64,000 nucleotides of DNA, from the NCBI GenBank assembly GCA_907165135.1, contig OU015569.1, positions 9,238,001 to 9,302,000 on the forward strand, written 5' to 3'. Of the stretch, positions 27,735 through 38,616 are shown one piece after another. The position numbers and the translations under genes are program-made. The DNA comes from Oikopleura dioica (Eukaryota; Animalia; Chordata). The notes beneath the pieces were generated by a model. That model was not told where the DNA came from, made no database searches, and saw nothing but the letters and a program-made list of their open reading frames with translations. Within the stretch, counting starts at the first letter, position 1; each line of letters starts with the position of its first letter.

Positions 27735-29876
27735 TTAGCGAGTCGATACAGCTGAGACGAGCGCAGCGCCTTTGCCCGAGCCATCGTGTGATAGTCGGAA
27801 ATTGACGAAGATTCCCAAGCCAACTAACTCATTAGTTTTCACCTGAAACGCGTGGTTATGCACCGGCCTGGATTATGCGTAGTAAGTCACCTTTAATAAC
27901 TTGGCGAAGGTCGGATGCTTCTTGTAAACACTGCCGTCAACGCCACAAGTAATGTCTAGATACTCATCTGGCCGATTTTGGTGAATTTTGATGGCAATAG
28001 CTGAAATTCCGGCAGCACACATGTAAGCAGCGCGGCGGGAAACAGCGTCGCATACCTAACGATCGTCAATTACTTGCGCTTTTTACACTTGCTCACCATA
28101 TGGACGATTTCACAGTCGCGTCGGATGGCACCGATGTCAGCGCAAGCAAGAATGTTTTGAACCGCGGCGAAATGTCGGGGCTGATTATCCACGATTTGAG
28201 AAACCATGTGAGTTCCGAACGATTCTTAATAAACGATTCAATTGCTCCCTTACGCATTTCCGCAAGTCATACCTGGAGTCTCGAGAATTTCCAATGCGTC
28301 TTCGGTGAAAACGATTCCTTCCTTGCACATATCGAGAAGAATCAATCGCACAATTTCGCCAATATACATGCCGGCCATCATTTTTTCAAAGCGCTGCTTG
28401 GTTGGATGAACAGAGTTCGCATCCAGAACTCTGTCGTATTCTGCAAGTTTAAATTGTTAGGTTTATAGTTTGATTCGCTCTAAATTACCTGTTGTCCATT
28501 CATCCAGAGCGCCGTCGTCGCCAAAAGCTCCCCACTCCATGTTGATGCACATTTTTCCGTCGATGTCTTGCAGCTCATCGAGTTTGGTAATGTTAGATTG
28601 CTTTTCCATGTAACAGGCGTTTGATCCAGTGCCGGCAATCAATCCAATTTGGCAGGCGTGATCTTCGAAGGCGCAGGACATGAGTGTTCCCACGGTATCG
28701 TTGACGACAGCGACAATTTCGACGGTGATGTCGCCTCGTCTCGCCACTGCTTCAGTGAGCAAAGTGACGACATCCTTTCCCTCGACGTCGGAAGCGCTGA
28801 AGCCCTTCGTCCACGTAATCAAGGAGGCCGAGTTGATTGCATATTGTTCGCAAGGGAAGCTGAATGTGAAGCCACACGCGATGTTTCTGTCGGCGAATCC
28901 CATTCGATTGATGAAATCGGACATGCACTTGGCGATGTGGTCGAAGAGAGCCTCGCCCGTGCCAGTCATGCACTCTAAAACTCAATTGCAATCTCTCAAA
29001 CAAGGAAAGACTTACCTTGGGGAACGCGATAAATTTGCGAGTCCATATCAATCTGCTCCTCGTTAATGTCGATCAGCAAAACACGGAAGTTGGTTCCACC
29101 GAGATCAAGAGCAATAAATGTTCCACATTCGCGGCCATCCGGCAAGTGTGTCACAAATGAGGGCAACATTTTCACTAGAATTGCGTGTAAGAATCAATTT
29201 ACCAGAGGGAGGAAATGACTATTTGAGTTCCAATGAGAGTTACGGCTTCAAGGTCCAACATATCAGTTGATCAAATAGTCGATACAATCGAAAGCATTTA
29301 AGTTATGATATATCATATGTTCAGTGATCCGAGGCGCAATTTATAGAATTATACTGCAAAAGTGTTTGAAGTCCGAAACTTCACAAAAGCTATTATTCTT
29401 TCATTTCTACTGCCACTTCCAAACAAATGGCTCTTCCGCTAAAACTTCTATATAAGTAAGGCGGATAGCAGCAGTATAATGATATGTTACGCGTTTATCC
29501 GTCAGTGTGGGCCTCGTTGACAAGAGGAATAAAAGTTACCTTTTGCGCTCTTGTGTCCTTCCCTGTCGAGTCCGCGGCGCATGTTCTCGAGAAGTCTGTC
29601 TCGGATGGTCTTGAGTTCATTGTCGCCGAGCATGAATTGCTTGACCTTTTCGCAGGCTCGTCTAAACTCTGACATGTCGTTTCTGGGGAACTCTTTGGCG
29701 TTGGTATATTCGGACTCGCGTTGTGCTGATAAAGTTCTCTTGAGCGCTTTGGCGTTGTTGTCGCCTTCCTGAGCTTCGGTGGTGCTGGTGGCGGTGAGGA
29801 GCAGCGCGTTCTTCGTCCGATTCTCTCCCACTTTCGGGCCTGATCTAAACAACTCGTTACGGATGGAAGTGTTCAT
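27735..29876 (-). CDS. HK: Single-domain (about 50 kDa) hexokinase with an N-terminal extension
   Basis: KMLPSFV...[97 protein letters not shown]...stop at 27735. A probable 5'UTR intron at 29893-30135 (GAG|GTAAGT donor, TAG acceptor). Confidence 0.93.
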
Positions 29877-30985
29877 CGCAGCCGAACTGATCCTATCGAA
29901 GCAAAGGGACAAAGCATCCCCGGTCTATTTTATAGTTCTTAAGAATTGCCCTTGGGCATTTGTATGATGCTACGTTAGCACATGTACAAGTAGCTCGCCA
30001 TGGTCCATGGCACAATACAATCGTAGACGAATAAGGGACTGCAACTGAACATCGACCGCCAGCGCGTTACGTAACACTACCGGTCAACGCGCAAACTTTG
30101 CCCCGAACCAGTTGTCTACCTTCTAGCGCACTTACCTCGCCTCTGATCGCTAGTTAATATATCTCTCGAGTTTCCTTCAAGAAACTATAGTGGCTAACGC
30201 CGAGGTAAATCCACTTGCAAGTGGCACGGGCTGCCCGTGCGTGTTATGTAATTTTGACGTGAAATTATCAAACTGGTCACTAGATGAAGGACAACCCACA
30301 ACAACAAGAGGGGCGATATCTAGGCCATAAGAACCGGACTTTTGCAGCTTTAACGACTTCGAAAGTGAAAACGAGGCGCGCGTGCTGCTGACGCAACTGC
30401 GTAATTATGATCGAGGCCCAGTAATCAAGCCATTCTCCCACCAATCCCACCTTAGAACAATGGAACAGGTGCCTAACCTCAGCAATTTATTGAGCCCCAG
30501 TCGGCAGAAATGCCACTCAAATCGTAGCCCGTTGTTACACAACTCAACCCAAAAGTGTTAAAGCTAGCACGTGATTCTTTAGATTCTTCTTCTTAGGAAT
30601 TTGGTACTATGGAGGAGCCTAAAGAAACTAGCTGCCTGAAAGAGTTCGAACTCACCTTTCGACTTTTCAAAAGGAAAAAATTAGATAAACTATTCAGGAA
30701 TCGCTATCTTTCACTCATTTTGGAAGGATAAAAAGTGAAATCGAAAAAGAATAAGAAAAAAATCGAGTCTCGCAGATGGAAATCGCAGATTTTTGCAAAT
30801 ATTTTTTCGCGTGAAAAGTTCATCTCTTTGATATAATTTATAAACACCAAAACGCAAATTTTTCCTAAATTTCCGTAAAGAAAGGGTAGAGCCTGCGAGA
30901 AAACGAGCGCTCTGCGCTACTATAGTAAGCAATAGGGGCCACGGATTGATCGAGGTTACGAAAAATTGAACAAATAAAAAAGAGC

Positions 30986-31884
30986 GTGTGGGAAGGTCTT
31001 CTCTACCTGGAGTCAAGAAGAGACGGTCATCCTCGGCGAGCTATCGGCGGCGACTCGACTGACTTTTCTGGCGACAAAGGAGAGGAGCAGCACCGGCGTC
31101 CAATCAAAAGCGAAAGATTACTATACGTAGGCACCTGTATAATGGAGACGATTGCCGACGATTCTTTCCTTGAAGGAAGTTGGTCTTCTGGTTGAAAATA
31201 AAAGTTTTTCTCACCAGTGGTGCAATTTAGCAGTAATCTCTAGATAAACGCGGTAGTTGTTGTGGTCAGGAGGTGTTCTTGGTCAGATCGTCGAAAGAAA
31301 TTGGCAAAAAATGACACGCTTCTCAAGAAATCGTAAGTTTCCGTGAGTTTTACTGCTGCAGTTTTAAACCGAATCCCAGGGAACAACCGAAGACAGAACA
31401 GAGCGCCAAAGCCGCCAGTGCCTGTAGCGCAGGAGGAGGACAGTGACTCGGCCGACATCACCATCGAAATTATCGAGCTGTCAGACCCGCCTGGGCTGGA
31501 AGAAATGACGCCCGTCTTGTCCCGAAAACCTGACGACATGGACATCGAAGAGTACACCGCCAAGCTGGAGCAGGTTATCCACGAGCAACAGATTCTCCAC
31601 ACGGATATGCTCAGAGGTTTGAAAGCGATGGAAAGCCACAACCGGAAGCTGCGATTCGAAAATGAAATGCACGAGGACAACGTCGAGTTCCTCCGCGATG
31701 CGCTTCTCAAAATGTAAGAAAAACAGCGAATAAACGAATTATACTCTTTTTAGAAAGAAGATTTTCATGCGACAGCAACGAAAACTCAGAAAACTTCAAG
31801 GCAAACCTGTCGACGAGGAGAGCAAGGGGACACAAACCAGCGACAAGGAAGAGGACTGAACTCCGTGACGAAGATTTAAATTGA
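30986..31884 (+). CDS. Uncharacterised small coiled-coil protein (start uncertain)
   Basis: Exon 31343-31713 encodes a heptad-rich helix (IEEYTAKLEQVIHEQQILHTDMLRGLKAMESHNRKLRFENEM). A GT-AG intron leads to a last exon ending TGA 31882-31884. An upstream exon at about 31000-31127 is likely. Confidence 0.55.
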
Positions 31885-32294
31885 AAATTTGTACCTCTTT
31901 TCTTATTCTTTTCTTATCTATTTTATAAAACATACGAATATCCACGCTAAATGTAAAGTTCGCGGCCAAAGCAGCGAGAATGGCCCCGAACTTTTCGAGT
32001 CAGAGGTCGAGAGCATTTTTCTAGGCAGGAGTTTGTTTGCAGTGAGTTTCGATGAAATTTGAGTTAATATCAGGTGGCAGAATCACAATTGGCCGAGGAC
32101 GTACACGTGTCGACTGTTTCGACTCGATCGTAAGGCGAGTTGCCCTATCTGAGCAGAGGGCGCACACTTCCGTTGACTCTGGCTCACACCAGTTGGTCCC
32201 ACACTCTGAAAAATATAATTTTGAATCAGATCGTTTCTAGAACACTGCTATCTCTTATTTTTGATACTGATAAGAGATATCAGTATTTGGGGCA

Positions 32295-35200
32295 ATGCCG
32301 AAAGCAAAGAAGACGACGGCGACGAGCGCCAAGAGAGAGCCGCTAAGGACTGGTTTTTATCCGTAAAGGATTCGGTTTGTTTCGCAAATGAAAAAGATTC
32401 TACTCGATTTCCAATTTATCATTTAAGTTTTTTTTCCAATTACTCCATTAGCATTTCTTCCTAACCATCAAGTCCTTTATCATTTAAAACATCCATTTAC
32501 TTACCTTATCGTTTTATCCATATTATAAATGATTGCTTATAATTTTCCTGCTTTATAGATTCTCATTCGCCCCAAGTGGATTTGAACCAAATCAGTCTCA
32601 ACCAACTCACAAGGGAAAACGACTATAAAGCGTTGATTTCTGGCTTGAACAAAAAAATAAGGCTTGAGAAAGAGTGGGGATCCGATGACTTTGACAACCT
32701 CACCAATGTTTACAGAAGTCACGACAAGAAAAGTAACTACACAACGCAGCTTGTTGGCATCCACGTCTTTCGGTAAGGGTTACCTAAAGCTAACTCCTTC
32801 TGAGTTGTTCGTTCAGGCAGCTGATCGAAACCTGGAGCGCGAAACCTGAAAGCTGTAAACTCGACAAGTTCCTCTTGGAAGTGTTCATTGATCAGACCAT
32901 TATGAGTTTTGTCAACTTCTTCAAGAAAAAAACGCTGACGGAAGATAACATTGAGAAAGGAAGATATGCAATGCGCATTTTTCTCTCGGCATGGCAATTA
33001 TCAGATGGAATCATGGATGAGATCATCACTACGTCTTACTTATCGGCGGTGAAAAAGATCTGCTGCGTTCAAATCCCTGCTGGTAAAAGGGTTTCACTGA
33101 TGTTTTTTTTATTTTGATTTAAAGCTCACCGAGATTTTACGATATTCCATCTGCTAACAGAAGCTTCACTCTGTAGCAAGATGATCATCAAGCCGATGGA
33201 GAGAAAAGAAATCGTCAGCCGCCTGGAGATGCTTTACAAGCAAGGATCTTTCCCAACGCTCCGCATTCCCATCAAAGTCATCATTGCGCGGGTATTTGAC
33301 ATGATGAAACTCGCTCCGAAAAACTTGGGCTTGACCAAACACACTCCCGTCCCAAACAAATGCGTCGCTTATACCATTGAAGACAACAAAGAGGATTTAC
33401 TGCGATGCAAAAACATAGTGGTAATTTGATGTTTATTTCGACGAATACCACTAATAATTATTCAGTTGTCCGCAAACCACGAAGATGACGATGATGTTCG
33501 TCTTAAGCAAGCTCATATTTCGGTGGACAAGAGAGCTATGACTTTGATTCCCGAAAGGCACAGGGATCTCAATTGCGCTCAAGGTACAAGATAAACACTA
33601 TTGCAAAGCCTAATTTTCTCTTGTTAGTCACGATTGAGCCAGATATGATTACCAAGAGCGATGTAAGAATTGTGAATGATAAATTTGTCTTCACTCTGGA
33701 TCTGTCGATCAATAGTTTTTTTGACGAACCATGGTCACTTCTCGGCAAAAAAATCACCTTCGATATCGACAACTCTACTTCAATGACGATGTTCCAGAAG
33801 TATGCGAAGACTTGGAAATGGACTATTCCACAAGTACCAGTAAAGACACCTTCAACCGACTTCGCTGCAATCCATCGAAGTAAAATGAACTCGGAAACAA
33901 GAAAGCTTGGAAACCCATCTCCTGATACCTTGAGCACGATTTCTTTGCGTAAGAAAAGTGATATCTATAAAATTTTTGAGGATTATATTTCAGACACTGA
34001 CCCCGATGAATGGAAAAAGAAGGTTGAATCTCACCGGGAAAAGAAGCAAGAAGCTCACTTGCGTCGTCAACAAGAACTTTCTACCCCCAAGCTCCCAAAT
34101 AAGACAAGGAAGCGAGGAGCGACGAACAAAGTAGAAAATGAAAAAACTCAAAAAGTTGGTAAAGTAGAGGAGGCTAAAAAATCGTCCAGCGAAACGAGCA
34201 TTAGCTCAGGAAAGAAAAAACCAGGGCGACCAAAGAAAACTGAAAAAGTTGAAGAGCTCGGAAAAACATCTAGCGAAGCCAGTGTCGGCTCTGAAAAGAA
34301 AAAACGCGGACGACTAGGAAAGAATGAAAAAAGAGAGACTCGGCAGGGTGCGGCCAAGAAGCCAAAAGAAGAAACCAAAAAGCCAAGACCACGAGGACGT
34401 CAGCAGAAGCTTAAAAACGAAGGGGTTCATGAAGACCACACGTCAAAGGTGCAGAAACCAACAACAGCGCTTCCTTCCCGAAGATTTGGAGCAGCCAAAT
34501 TCACAGACGACTTCTTGAATAAAAGAAATATTAAAAGTAGGAATAGTTTATATTGGAATTATCTGATAATTTTTGTAGAACAAAATGAGCTCTTTGACAG
34601 TCTTGATGACCCTCCAACTATCAAGCTCAATAAAAAACCGAGGTCAGAACTTAATGTTGGAGGTTCGGACATTTTTACTTATCCTGATTCGATGGTGAGC
34701 CACCAGCCAAGTAAAGTCTCGAAAAAACCCAAGAGTAAGTTAAAAGAAAATTGGATACTTATAAGAATAAACCGTAGCTCGCAAGCTGGCCGATAGATCG
34801 CCAAGCCCAATGTCGTCTTGTGGCGAAAGCGAAGATTATGCTCCAACTAAGAACAGAGCCAGAAAGCGACTACCTGAGCCGACAGAACAGTCTCGAGCTG
34901 CTGCGAAATCGAGACCCAGAAAATCCCAGCGTGCGGCGGTGTTGAAAAGAATCCCAATTATCGACAATTCTTCTTCAGATGATGACTTCTTGGGAGTCGT
35001 AAAAAAAGACAACACGCTCGACGTGACTCCAATGTGGAACAAGTCATTTAAAGATGAGCCCATTCTAGGTAAGATCCAGTGTTTTTAACTTCTCAATACA
35101 CGGGCGCGCGACTAAGCGCTCAAAACACGGGGTCCAATTATTGGACCACAAATTGTGCATTAATGCATTATGCATTATCCAGCCCCGCGCGGCGCGCCAA

Positions 35201-36550
35201 ATTCAGAGTGTGAAAAACAGCGCTCAGGACTTTTGGCTCTAATTGACGTTTCCGTCGGTCGAAAAAGCTCGTGAATATATTGCTAGAAAGCTTAAACCCT
35301 CTTCTATAAAAATAAATAATTGTAAATCGAAAAATCCGTTCCGATTTTTCACCAGAGAGCGAAAGAGAAATCTGGCGCAAAACGCCACCACTTTTGAGTT
35401 TTCATTCGAAACTTCACAGAGTGGTTCGTTTTTGTCCTGTCAGCTCACATTTCAAAATTCAGGTCAAACAGATAACTACAACGGGAATTACAGGGGGTCA
35501 AAGTCGCCGTGGTCCAATGATTGGACCACGTGCATTGAGAAGTTAAAAGTTTTCACATGGCCGATGGGTATGAATTAACTAAAATTGGGATATTTTAGAG
35601 CAAACGAAGAAGACTGAGCTGAAGGAAAAGAAAAAGAAAGAAGCTGACGCTCGCCGAAGAAGCTTCCCAAAACCACTGCTTCTTCCACCAGTGAATGTTC
35701 TTGTTCCTTCTTCTGAATCTGGACCAGAGGCTCCTGTTGCATCGAACCCTAGAATTGGTTTACGTCAACAAGTTAAAAAAGAGCAAATAGAAGAGACAGA
35801 AAACTCCCGGCTGACAAAGACGAAGCCGGTCGAACAGAAGAGAGAAGATTTCAAACCACAGACAGTCAAATCACCAGAACACCGTAATGGCCGCGCTTCT
35901 CGGGATCTCAGCAAAAATCATCGGTAGATACATTAGAAACTTATGTCCCAATACAGCAACATTGGATTCAATTTCAAAACTTTTTCAGGCTTCCAGTGCA
36001 GAAATCTCCGATGAAGAAAATCAAAAGAGACATCATCTATTCGTAAGTAAACAACGAGAAATCACCATTCATCAAAGATTTTTTCATCAGCAAAATCATG
36101 TTTTTTAGGCCGAGGCCGAGAAAGTCACCAGAAAAAATCAAGAACCCTAACATGCTTCTGAAGCCGATCAAGTTGAAGAAGAGGCGAAAGAGAGCAAACA
36201 AAACGCTCGCAAAAACTTTTCGGAGCTATATGAAGAACCATCATAGCCTCCCAGACAATGTCATCAAATTTCGTAAAGCTATCGATGTGCAAACATCTGA
36301 TTTTATCATATCCGCTCTTAAAGGTAACAGTTAAAAACGAAATAAGTATTTATCCAAGAATTTAGAAATGAGCAATTTGATTGAAGCAGTCAACCAAGTT
36401 CCTCCTCCACGTCCGCCATCACCGAGCAGCGAATCTGAGACTGATTCTGACTCTGACTTAAAGCGGGATACTGGGATGGGAGAGAGTGTACCCTCAGACG
36501 ATCTTCTTCAAATGATGCAGAATATGATGACCTTCCTCGACCGTAGATAA
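32295..36550 (+). CDS. Multi-exon nuclear protein: helical N-domain + beta-rich PH-like domain + long Lys/Ser-rich disordered region with AT-hook-like motifs; tentatively SYCP2-like
   Basis: ATG 32295 (MPKAKKTT...). Exons can be joined through GT-AG introns to the stop at 36548-36550 (one junction near 33560 is unresolved). Motifs KKPGRPKK, KKRGRLGK and KPRPRGRQ are present. The coding call is solid; the SYCP2 resemblance is from memory only. Confidence 0.6.
35089..35542. mobile_element. Non-autonomous TTAA-flanked MITE (piggyBac-type), 454 bp, inside intron 35069-35598
   Basis: TTAA at 35085-35088 and 35543-35546. TIRs CTTCTCAATACACGGG / reverse complement CTTCTCAATGCACGTG (14/16). Sub-terminal palindrome GGTCCAATNATTGGACC at 35131-35147 and 35511-35527. 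No transposase ORF. Confidence 0.8.
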
Positions 36551-36608
36551 ATTTATTTACAACTCATTTTCATTTTACTGCCTTTATCATCCTGTATATT
36601 CGTGATTA

Positions 36609-36800
36609 AAACATAAATAAGCAATTATGATTGAGAGAATTATTAATTATTTCTTGGAGCAATTTTTATAGAAGGAGCAGATCATCAGTGCTGTTTTTGC
36701 AACTTCGTTTCTCACACAGCATTTCATTATAGGTATTTTGAGAATGATAATTTCCCGGAAAGCTTGCAAGAAAATTCTAACGGAAATGCAGATGTAGAGA
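36609..36800 (-). pseudogene. Degenerate duplicate of the MSH4 last exon and 3'UTR
   Basis: Shares AATTATGATTGAGAG, ATAGAAGGAGCA..CATCAGTGCTGTTTTTGCAA and (minus strand) AAATGCTG..TGAGAAACGA with 38600-38790. Encodes EVAKTALMICSFYKN versus MSH4 EIAKTALMFCSFYKN, with an internal deletion. Confidence 0.7.
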
Positions 36801-36957
36801 GTTGGGGCAATGCTTGAACATAGAAAGAGTAAGAGATTATCTTTTACATGGTACATAGACTTGCGGCACCGATTTGGGAAGGGCTTGAAAACATAAAACA
36901 ACTGTTCCTAGTTGAAAGGAGGCGTTTTATGTTGTTTCGTAAACTTGATATATTTGT

Positions 36958-36973
36958 GGCCCTTAAAAGGGCC
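36958..36973 (-). terminator. Histone 3' stem-loop of H2B
   Basis: Minus strand GGCCCTTTTAAGGGCC, preceded by CAA and followed by ACAAA, about 53 nt after the H2B stop. Confidence 0.92.
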
Positions 36974-37026
36974 TTGAGACCGTAACCCGTTCAGAACGAG
37001 TTAATGCCTTTTTACTACAATTGTAG

Positions 37027-37398
37027 CTAAAGTGAACTGTCATACTTCGTGACAGCTTTGGTGCCCTCACAAATTGCGTGTTTGGCGAGTTCGCCAGGGA
37101 GGATAAGTCGAGTTGCTATGTGGATTTCTCGTGAAGAAATTGTCGATCGTTTGTTCATCTTGGCAAGTCGAGACGCTTCAGTGGCGAGGCGTTCGAAGAG
37201 ATCGTTGACGAAACTGTTCATAACGTTCATGGCTCGGCATGAAATGCTGATGTCCTGGTGGACCTGCTTCAGAACCTTGTGAATAAAGAAAGAGAAGTTC
37301 TCCTTCTTGTTTTTCTTCGCCATCGACAATTTGAGAGGGTTGCGTTCCGAGTTCCTTCGTCGAATCTTTGAGCCTGCTCGTTCTCGCTTAGGAGCCAT
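37027..37398 (-). CDS. H2B: Divergent histone H2B variant, intronless
   Basis: [40 protein letters not shown]...[20 protein letters not shown] histone fold; downstream stem-loop. Confidence 0.95.
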   Translation of the reverse strand: MAPKRERAGSKIRRRNSERNPLKLSMAKKNKKENFSFFIHKVLKQVHQDISISCRAMNVMNSFVNDLFERLATEASRLAKMNKRSTISSREIHIATRLILPGELAKHAICEGTKAVTKYDSSL

Positions 37399-37476
37399 CT
37401 TTGTTTTGAAATTGTTGTCTGGAATTCTGTGTTTTCGAATGGGCAGTTTTCGAAAATGATGAATTTTTAGTTTTTC

Positions 37477-37753
37477 GGCCTTTTTATACGGTCAGGTGAG
37501 AAGAACGCAAGGAAAAGCAAAATAGCGCCACCTCAAGAGATGATTCCTCGGCTGTTTGAAAACCGGGCGATCCGTGCGGGAGACAACTCAAAAGTTGCCA
37601 AATCGGCGCCGCGAAAGGGATTAGCGCCGACTCATCATTTTTTCGATCGACACCTCGCGAACTGTTATCAACGATAACCGAGGAATCATTCCATGAGGTG
37701 GCGCTATTGAGCTCTTTCTCACTGTTCTTCCCAGCTGAGAATATAAAAAGGCC
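37477..37753. promoter_or_regulatory. Mirror-symmetric bidirectional H2B/H2A promoter
   Basis: TATAAAAAGGCC at 37742-37753 (+) and 37477-37488 (-). A 31-bp inverted repeat at 37521-37551 / 37678-37708 (28/31). Central IR TCGGCGC 37603-37609 / GCGCCGA 37624-37630. Confidence 0.85.
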
Positions 37754-37845
37754 CGTCAATGCCAGAATTCATCATTCGAAAAATCTCAAACCAGATAAAA
37801 TATCTGGGAAACTTTTTCAAAACAAACTTGAAGAAAACACTCCAG

Positions 37846-38307
37846 ATGGCACCATCGAAGAAGGCGATGAAAGTTACTTTCAAGTCTCCCGAGAGTTTTG
37901 TCAAGGGGTCAGCCGAAGCAAAGGCGAAGATGGACAAGATGCGAGCAATGCGAACAGGACGCAAGCCCAAGGATATTCAGAAGCAAGCTGGTGTAGCCCT
38001 CCCTGTTCACAGAATCAAACGCAAGATGAGAGCGATGAACCCGAACAAGAAGGTCTCCATCGGGGCTCCTGTCTACATGGCCGCTGTTCTCGAGTATCTC
38101 TGTGCCGAAGTGCTCGATCTCGCCGGCGAAGCTGCGCATCAGGAAAAGAAGAAGACGATCAAACCCCGCTTCATCCAGCTCGCCATCTCGGACGACGTCG
38201 ACTTGCATAAATTCGTTGGAAGTGTTACGATCGCCCAGGGTGGAACTCAACAAATCATCCATCCAAGCCTTCTTCCACGACCATCTGCTGCCGCCCCAAA
38301 AAAGTAA
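37846..38307 (+). CDS. H2A: Highly divergent histone H2A variant (153 aa, long N-tail), intronless
   Basis: ATG 37846 lies downstream of the TATA box. Fold AGVALPVHRIKR...GAPVYMAAVLEYLCAEVLDLAG...PRFIQLAI...VTIAQGG; downstream stem-loop. Confidence 0.93.
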   Translation: MAPSKKAMKVTFKSPESFVKGSAEAKAKMDKMRAMRTGRKPKDIQKQAGVALPVHRIKRKMRAMNPNKKVSIGAPVYMAAVLEYLCAEVLDLAGEAAHQEKKKTIKPRFIQLAISDDVDLHKFVGSVTIAQGGTQQIIHPSLLPRPSAAAPKK

Positions 38308-38332
38308 ACATGATGTTTTCATGTTCAAAACA

Positions 38333-38348
38333 AGCCCTTTTAAGGGCT
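38333..38348 (+). terminator. Histone 3' stem-loop of H2A (A-U base pair at the stem base)
   Basis: AGCCCTTTTAAGGGCT followed by ACCAA, 25 nt after the stop. Confidence 0.88.
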
Positions 38349-38616
38349 ACCAATCAAATAACCTTTACTCATTTGAGTAGTCGAAAGTTCGATATTTGTC
38401 TGAGACTCGGTCAGTCGAATGCCCACGTGAATGGAAAAATGTGCGAATTAACAATATTAAATAAGTGATTATCTTATCCAATAAAATTATAAATCTACAC
38501 CGTGGGGAGGGTATATCTTTCATATGCAATATAGAAATTTAAATTATTTTGATCTCTAATCCTACCGATTCCTAAGCGCTAGTAACAACTAAAATGCGAT
38601 AAACATACACAGATAA

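Noticed and set aside
30224-30240. Carbohydrate response element (ChoRE) upstream of hexokinase
   Set aside because: The half-sites CACGGG/CCCGTG are spaced by 3 nt, not the 5 nt a ChoRE requires.
37694-37708. CTCF-site call for TGAGGTGGCGCTA in the histone promoter
   Set aside because: Only the 3' half of the CTCF consensus matches, and the symmetric promoter-proximal placement fits a promoter factor better; no factor can be assigned from sequence.
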